A stretch of 64,000 nt of DNA from Acinetobacter phage vB_AbaM_ABMM1, in sequence record OQ471969.1, one strand, 5' to 3'. Of this stretch, positions 59,117-64,000 are shown piece after piece. The translations under genes were made by a program, and so were the position numbers. A model generated the notes under the pieces. That model saw only the letters and a program-made list of their open reading frames with translations, did not search any database and was not told the DNA's origin. How positions within the stretch are numbered: the first letter of the stretch is position 1; the number at the start of each line of letters is the position of its first letter.

Positions 59117-59164
59117 ATAGCAATTGAGGTGTAGGATAGAGTCGTATCTTGAATTGGACTTGTA

Positions 59165-59380
59165 ATGAAAATATGTATTGGTGGTGATCTTAATGGACAA
59201 GTGGTTGAGAAGGATGTTTATTCATTTAAAGCAGCTGATATAGATCCTGAGAAAAAGTCAGAGTATTTCACCCAGAGTTTTATACTGGGTGATAAAACTC
59301 ATAGATTCTGGATTAGTAACGATATTGATTTTCATGAAGCCTGCAAAATCGTTGAAAAGATGATTAGGCATCAAGCTTAA
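59165..59380 (+). CDS. small hypothetical protein, partner of the HNH-like gene
   Basis: 71 aa; followed by terminator AGTCCGTACTTTCCCCAAGGTGCGGACTTTTTTT at ~59462-59495. Confidence 0.3.
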   Translation: MKICIGGDLNGQVVEKDVYSFKAADIDPEKKSEYFTQSFILGDKTHRFWISNDIDFHEACKIVEKMIRHQA

Positions 59381-59642
59381 TAAATATATATATTGATAAA
59401 AAACGATTTATATATTAAATTATGTGAACTGTTTATCGGTTTACGTTAATTTAAGTTTTATAGTCCGTACTTTCCCCAAGGTGCGGACTTTTTTTATCTC
59501 GTCAAAAATAATGATTGGAACTAGGGTCCTTTTAAATAAATCAAACGGTCAATAATTCTGGAACTAAGTGTTTTTAAGGATTTTGTCATGCAAGAAGAGT
59601 TTCAAGTCTATGTAAATCTTACTTGCTTGATTTGAGGTCGTT

Positions 59643-60341
59643 ATGATTAAAAAAAGTAACCGCCGTCAGTGGAGTGAGTTTTTCTCCAATAATAAAAGAC
59701 AGGAACTCTTTAAGGATTTCAGTGTTTCATTAGGCAATGAAAAAACTAAAAAGCAAAAGTCTAGCCCTTCTAAACATGTGTTTTTCCCTTGCCATGTAGA
59801 AAAAGAATATGAGGGTGAAAACGGTGAAAATACTATATATAGGGGAAGCACAGGCGGTGTTATCATTTCTGGTAAGCAATACATCACAATCAAATTGCCT
59901 TATGGATTAAGCGCTAACGAGATTTGGCGGGCTACAATTGATCAGAATGGAAAGCAAAGAAATAGTCTTTCAGTAGGTGCTAAAAAATATAAAGACAAGG
60001 TTCAAAAGCAATATGGACCTATGTTTAGAGCACTTAAGTTAAAAGCTATCGATCAACTTTGTGAAATACGATTAATTGTTCAGCCACCACTTAAAACTCG
60101 TTCTTACAGTGCAAAGACTTATCCACGCTTTGATATTGATAACTATCCAAAATTACTTATTGATAGTGTCAAGGGTGATGGCTTGTTATTCAAAGACGAC
60201 AATATTTTCATAAGTGAACAAATTAAGCTGGCAGAACCATGTGAAGAAGGTTGTGTCTGGCTTTCGTGCGTTTTTACTGATGAAACTGATTGGTTGTCAA
60301 AAACTGTAGATTTTGATTGGTTAGCTGGGAGAAGCATTTAA
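59643..60341 (+). CDS. rusA: RusA-family Holliday-junction resolvase (N-terminal extension / start uncertain)
   Basis: ..IKLPYGLSANEIW.. and the C-terminal YPRFDIDNYPKLLIDSVKGDGLLFKDDNIFISEQIKLAEP. Confidence 0.6.
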   Translation: MIKKSNRRQWSEFFSNNKRQELFKDFSVSLGNEKTKKQKSSPSKHVFFPCHVEKEYEGENGENTIYRGSTGGVIISGKQYITIKLPYGLSANEIWRATIDQNGKQRNSLSVGAKKYKDKVQKQYGPMFRALKLKAIDQLCEIRLIVQPPLKTRSYSAKTYPRFDIDNYPKLLIDSVKGDGLLFKDDNIFISEQIKLAEPCEEGCVWLSCVFTDETDWLSKTVDFDWLAGRSI

Positions 60342-61028
60342 ATGGCGAAAAAGAGCGATTTGCAACGTCGAGTACTTATCGGAAGAAAACTTGCAATGGC
60401 GCGTGACATGGCTCAATTACGTCAAGAAGACGTAGCATTAGAAATATTCGGTACACCGCATAAAAATCGTATGAGTGAAATCGAAAACGGTAAGTTAATG
60501 CCAGATGCAGAATTACTTTCTTTGCTATGTCAAAAATATGGTGTTTCAGCTGACTGGATTCTTGGTTTTACGATTGAACCGGAACTAGATAAAACAGCTT
60601 CTGTAGCTGGTATTCTGTTTAACAGTCTTGGTGAAATGATGAGTGAATATACTCAAGCCATGGCATTTCAATTGAGTATGGCAGCGGCACAGCATATTAC
60701 TTCTTTCCCTAAAGCCTTAACGGTTGAGTTACTAGAAGCCTCAAAGGGCCTTATTCAAGCTTGTTTATCGCAAGATCAGTCTATTCAAGAAAAGGTTTTA
60801 CCAGAACTTCACACCCTTATGCGTATAGTGCGTGAGTGTGAACAAAATCGTGCGAAACAAATCCGTAACTTAGAAATGGCTATCGATGATGTTTTCCAAC
60901 GCGAAGAGAACGATTTACAGCAAAAAGCTCTAATTGATCTTATCCAAAATAAAAAACGTTTTAGCAAGGCTTCTTTACAGCAACAAGCTATAGCAGAAGT
61001 AAAACAAATAGGTCTATTTACTGAATAA
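60342..61028 (+). CDS. HTH (XRE-like) regulator, late-region position
   Basis: N-terminal HTH LIGRKLAMARDMAQLRQEDVALEIFG. Confidence 0.45.
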   Translation: MAKKSDLQRRVLIGRKLAMARDMAQLRQEDVALEIFGTPHKNRMSEIENGKLMPDAELLSLLCQKYGVSADWILGFTIEPELDKTASVAGILFNSLGEMMSEYTQAMAFQLSMAAAQHITSFPKALTVELLEASKGLIQACLSQDQSIQEKVLPELHTLMRIVRECEQNRAKQIRNLEMAIDDVFQREENDLQQKALIDLIQNKKRFSKASLQQQAIAEVKQIGLFTE

Positions 61029-61041
61029 GGGATAGACTTTA

Positions 61042-61878
61042 ATGGCTCGCAAGATTGAATACTCGGAAGAAATTTGGAACCGGCTAAAAGAAGTCTATGA
61101 ATCTTCTCCTAAGATTACGTGGCAAGCTTTAGTTGATCAGGTTGGCGAAGAACTCGGTTGTGAGATGCCTTCGCCATCCGTTGTACGCCGTAAAGCACTT
61201 GCTGAGAAATGGAAAAAGAAAGCTAAATCTCTAGTCAAAAAGACAGCCCAAGAGCTTAATAAAGAGATTAAAAAATTGACCAAAAAAAACAATGGTCAAG
61301 AAGACACACAAGATACTGAAAAATCAGAAAAAAGTGATAGTCAAAAATCTGTCAAAAAAACGTCAAATATTGCTGAATTTAATAGTCAAAACTCAAAAAA
61401 TAGTGGTCATAACAACGGTGGCCGTTCTACAGTCAACGAGAACTATCTAAAGTCAGCTTTGGTTGTCAAAAATAACCGTATAAGAGCTCATAAGCTTGGA
61501 GAGTTAATTACAGACACTATCGATAGTGTTATTCATATTAGAGATGAAGTACTGAATTTAAATAATCCAACTGAGGAACAATTAGCATTAGTCAAGTTCA
61601 AGATGGGACTTATATGTCAGGTTGTAGATTTAAACGTTAAGCAAAGTATCAGCATTTCTAACATTGCCAAGACAGAAGCAATGTTCTGGGGCTTAGATGT
61701 AGATGATCTTAAAGACCAGTCGGAAGTTCAAGCACGGCGTAGTTCTGTTATTTCGGGTGCTGAAGAAAGAATGGCAATCGCTAAAGCAAACATGAAACGG
61801 AAAAAAGAAGAAGCATTTATGCGTAAGTTAGCGCTAATTGAAGCAGGTGAAGTAGAGTCTGAAGATGTTCAAGAATAA
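61042..61878 (+). CDS. hypothetical protein with N-terminal HTH-like domain (terminase-small-subunit-like, unconfirmed)
   Basis: YSEEIWNRLKEVYESSPKITWQALVDQVG, then a Lys/Ser-rich linker and a C-terminal helical domain. Confidence 0.3.
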   Translation: MARKIEYSEEIWNRLKEVYESSPKITWQALVDQVGEELGCEMPSPSVVRRKALAEKWKKKAKSLVKKTAQELNKEIKKLTKKNNGQEDTQDTEKSEKSDSQKSVKKTSNIAEFNSQNSKNSGHNNGGRSTVNENYLKSALVVKNNRIRAHKLGELITDTIDSVIHIRDEVLNLNNPTEEQLALVKFKMGLICQVVDLNVKQSISISNIAKTEAMFWGLDVDDLKDQSEVQARRSSVISGAEERMAIAKANMKRKKEEAFMRKLALIEAGEVESEDVQE

Positions 61879-61995
61879 GTTGAAAATACACTGGAATATA
61901 GTTGATTAATGAATATACTATTTACTTGATATGTACAACAATTTTCATTTCATCTAACAACTTAATTCAAGACATCTAAAGTAGGAGAATAATTC

Positions 61996-62418
61996 TTGAA
62001 TCCTTATTTTTTTGGTATTAACTCTTTATTTTTATATGCTTTTTTGGTGGTTATTGCCATCGTGGGCATTTTGTTGATTCGTTTTAATAAGTTTCATAAC
62101 ACTGCTGGAAGTGGATTCGGTGTTATTTTAATCGGCTTAGCTATAATTAGTGGTTTCTCCTATCATAGCTATATGAGTAAACCAATTACTCATGCGGACG
62201 CAAAGAAACTCGATCTTGTATATGATGAGAGTTACGGCAATCCCCAAGCTGAAGCCTTCCGAAACGAAATGTCAGACTTAGCTAAAAAAAATGGGATCGT
62301 TGTTAGTTCAGCTTTTTCATATAGCGGTAGGGATATCTATGTTGACTACATTACAAGAAGCGACTTCAATAGACTTGCTAAGCTTTATGATGAAAGCAAA
62401 AAAATTGATAATAATTAA
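61996..62418 (+). CDS. small membrane protein (2 TM)
   Basis: Hydrophobic helices FLYAFLVVIAIVGILLI and GFGVILIGLAIISGF. Confidence 0.4.
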   Translation: MNPYFFGINSLFLYAFLVVIAIVGILLIRFNKFHNTAGSGFGVILIGLAIISGFSYHSYMSKPITHADAKKLDLVYDESYGNPQAEAFRNEMSDLAKKNGIVVSSAFSYSGRDIYVDYITRSDFNRLAKLYDESKKIDNN

Positions 62419-62427
62419 GGTGATATA

Positions 62428-62730
62428 ATGACAACAAAATCGTTTCAAAATCTTAGTGTTATGCAACGTGTTGAAGTCGCATTATTTACTTCGGGAATTG
62501 CTGTGGCTTACATGGTAATTTTGATGTTAATAATGAAGCCATATCTGATTTTCATCAATCCTGTATCAATGCTGTTTGTTGAAGCTGCAGGTTTGGACCC
62601 TTTCAATAATGTTTTACAAATTTTAAGTGGATTTTGCTTCATTCTAACGCAACTCACTGTACTTTTAGTTCCTTATATAATTGTTCGTTTTTTAGTAGAA
62701 GTTTTCCTAAAAAAACTGAAAGAAGAGTAA
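62428..62730 (+). CDS. small membrane protein (3 TM)
   Basis: 100 aa, mostly hydrophobic; terminator at ~62811-62842. Confidence 0.4.
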   Translation: MTTKSFQNLSVMQRVEVALFTSGIAVAYMVILMLIMKPYLIFINPVSMLFVEAAGLDPFNNVLQILSGFCFILTQLTVLLVPYIIVRFLVEVFLKKLKEE

Positions 62731-62853
62731 CTTTTTAAGCTCTAAATTATTAGTTAGATGGCCTGTCTGAGAGTTTATACAATAGGAACCCATCAACATT
62801 TAGTTCAAAAAACTTAACCAAAATGCCCTATATCAATATGGGGCATTTTCGTT

Positions 62854-64000
62854 ATGACAGATTCAAATCACAATAACCCAGTTTTATCATACGATGAGTT
62901 GGGCTTCATCATCGGGATGAAACGAGTTGAAAAAAAAGTAAGTACGATTGATTCAAATATTGAGAAGATCATAGATATTCTTACTCAAAGCTTTGAAGAG
63001 CAAAAAGTACAACTTGCACAGCCTCAGCCTAAACTGACTGAATTTCAAAAGATGCTTAATACTGTCAATAATAGACAAGCTTTAGATTTTGAAGATTTAT
63101 TAAAAGAAAAAGCTAATCCAATTACTCAATCTTTTGTTGTAGCAGATAAACTGGTCAAAGACTTCGCTGATATATTGGAGCAATCAGTTAATGACCTTAA
63201 GACTGTAGAAAAGAAACAGACTAACCAACCTAAAAGTTTAAAACCTGCTATAGAAATTAATAGTCATGAAGACTTATCAAAAATTGTAAATCCTACTGTT
63301 CCTGAGCGTGATGAAAAGGGCCGTTTTGTATCTAATCCAAATGAACCCCAAAACCAATCATCGATTCGTAAAGTTGCCCAAACGATATCTACGGCGATTA
63401 AAGGGGTAATGCCGAACTCACCACAAGGTGTAGATCCTACAGTTGATGCTATCAATGAAGTTAGTCATTTACTTTCACCTGTACGCCGTGCAGCAGGATT
63501 AGCTTTGCGGCCATTAACTGGATTAATGCGTAGTAAAAAGCGAAATGAGCCATTACCTCGTGAACAAGAGAACCATAACCGCAAACAAATAAAGTTATTG
63601 CAGCGTATTGCCGATAATTTAGCTTCTAAGGGTGGTTTGTTAGGTTCACTAGGGAAATTACTTTCTACAGCTCTATCTGCTGGCAGTGGGCTTCTAGGCG
63701 GTGTTCTAGGCAAAGGAAAGAAAGGTGTAGGGAAATTAGGAAAGGGCTTGGGTAAACTTCTCAAGTTTGGACGTGGTCTACCCGTAATTGGTGCACTGGC
63801 TGCTGGTGCATCATTGTTAGATTGGAATGAACAAAGTACACAAGAAAAGGGCGGTACCGTTGGTAGTCTTGCAGGTGGAGTAATTGGTGGTACTGTCGGG
63901 TCTTTATTTGGTCCAGCTGGTACTTTGATTGGTGGTATGGCTGGTTCTTGGATAGGTAATAAGCTAGGTACCGCAGTTGCGCCGTATTTTAAAGAATGGA
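62854..64000 (+). CDS. partial large protein with Gly-rich membrane-like segments (tape-measure / ejection-protein-like), 3' end outside window
   Basis: ATG at 62854 and the frame stays open to the end of the window; shows ...LGKGKKGVGKLGKGLGKLLKFGRGLPVIGALAAGASL... It is absent from the ORF track because it is incomplete. Confidence 0.5.
   Translation, partial: MTDSNHNNPVLSYDELGFIIGMKRVEKKVSTIDSNIEKIIDILTQSFEEQKVQLAQPQPKLTEFQKMLNTVNNRQALDFEDLLKEKANPITQSFVVADKLVKDFADILEQSVNDLKTVEKKQTNQPKSLKPAIEINSHEDLSKIVNPTVPERDEKGRFVSNPNEPQNQSSIRKVAQTISTAIKGVMPNSPQGVDPTVDAINEVSHLLSPVRRAAGLALRPLTGLMRSKKRNEPLPREQENHNRKQIKLLQRIADNLASKGGLLGSLGKLLSTALSAGSGLLGGVLGKGKKGVGKLGKGLGKLLKFGRGLPVIGALAAGASLLDWNEQSTQEKGGTVGSLAGGVIGGTVGSLFGPAGTLIGGMAGSWIGNKLGTAVAPYFKEW

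Noticed and set aside
61042-61878. Calling this gene terminase small subunit
   Set aside because: The N-terminal HTH-like region is suggestive, but the gene is not followed by a large terminase; membrane proteins follow instead. It is kept as a hypothetical with a low-confidence note.
63264-63764. Minus-strand ORFs 63264-63455 and 63465-63764
   Set aside because: They lie inside the open + strand partial gene that runs from 62854 to the window end.
1-64000. CRISPR arrays, rRNA genes
   Set aside because: No spaced direct repeats of 24-40 bp, and no rRNA-like conserved stretches.

Overview
This is an AT-rich (about 38-40% GC) temperate-phage or prophage region whose codon usage and gene content (UmuD/UmuC, an IS903-group remnant, a TIGR02594 endolysin) suggest an Acinetobacter-like host. 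No rRNA, tRNA or CRISPR array was found. Left to right the window holds: the C-terminal end of a DksA/TraR zinc-finger protein; a terminase large subunit whose Walker-A P-loop is interrupted by a 149-aa mini-intein; a P2 gpH-like tail-fibre protein with a poly-Gly tail; a SWIM zinc-finger protein; putative capsid and structural genes; a P22 immI-like antirepressor module (ant plus a divergent small HTH gene) that recurs as a diverged direct repeat about 25 kb downstream; a RelE/ParE-Phd toxin-antitoxin pair; a baseplate and tail-tip module ending in a 3451-aa spike/fibre protein with a gpV-like N-terminus, a long coiled coil and internally duplicated lectin-like modules; a putative portal-proximal block that includes a ParB-like-nuclease-domain protein; a palindrome-controlled two-gene operon (unknown 209-aa protein plus an XRE-HTH::ImmA/IrrE metallopeptidase fusion) followed by an AT-rich orphan gene; a lysis cassette; and a cargo patch (TPR protein, IS903-group transposase remnant, membrane protein behind twin perfect palindromes, umuDC, SRAP/YedK, an AT-rich membrane protein) abutting a P4-type tyrosine integrase. 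To the right of the integrase lies a full lambdoid lysogeny and early region: xis; a leftward early operon with an AAA_24 ATPase and a lipoprotein; a CI-like repressor with repeated 17-bp operators on both sides; cro; a cII-like gene; a C5-cytosine methyltransferase whose conserved motifs are split between two reading frames; DUF1376 replication genes; an HNH-like moron; RusA; small membrane proteins; and a partial Gly-rich gene running off the 3' end. Late genes sit to the left of int and the lysogeny module to the right, so the window is either two tandem prophages or a circularly permuted phage genome. The candidates I rate highest for an undescribed system are the 34.2-37.0 kb locus, the 41.5-46.6 kb cargo patch and the 58.3-59.4 kb HNH-like cassette.
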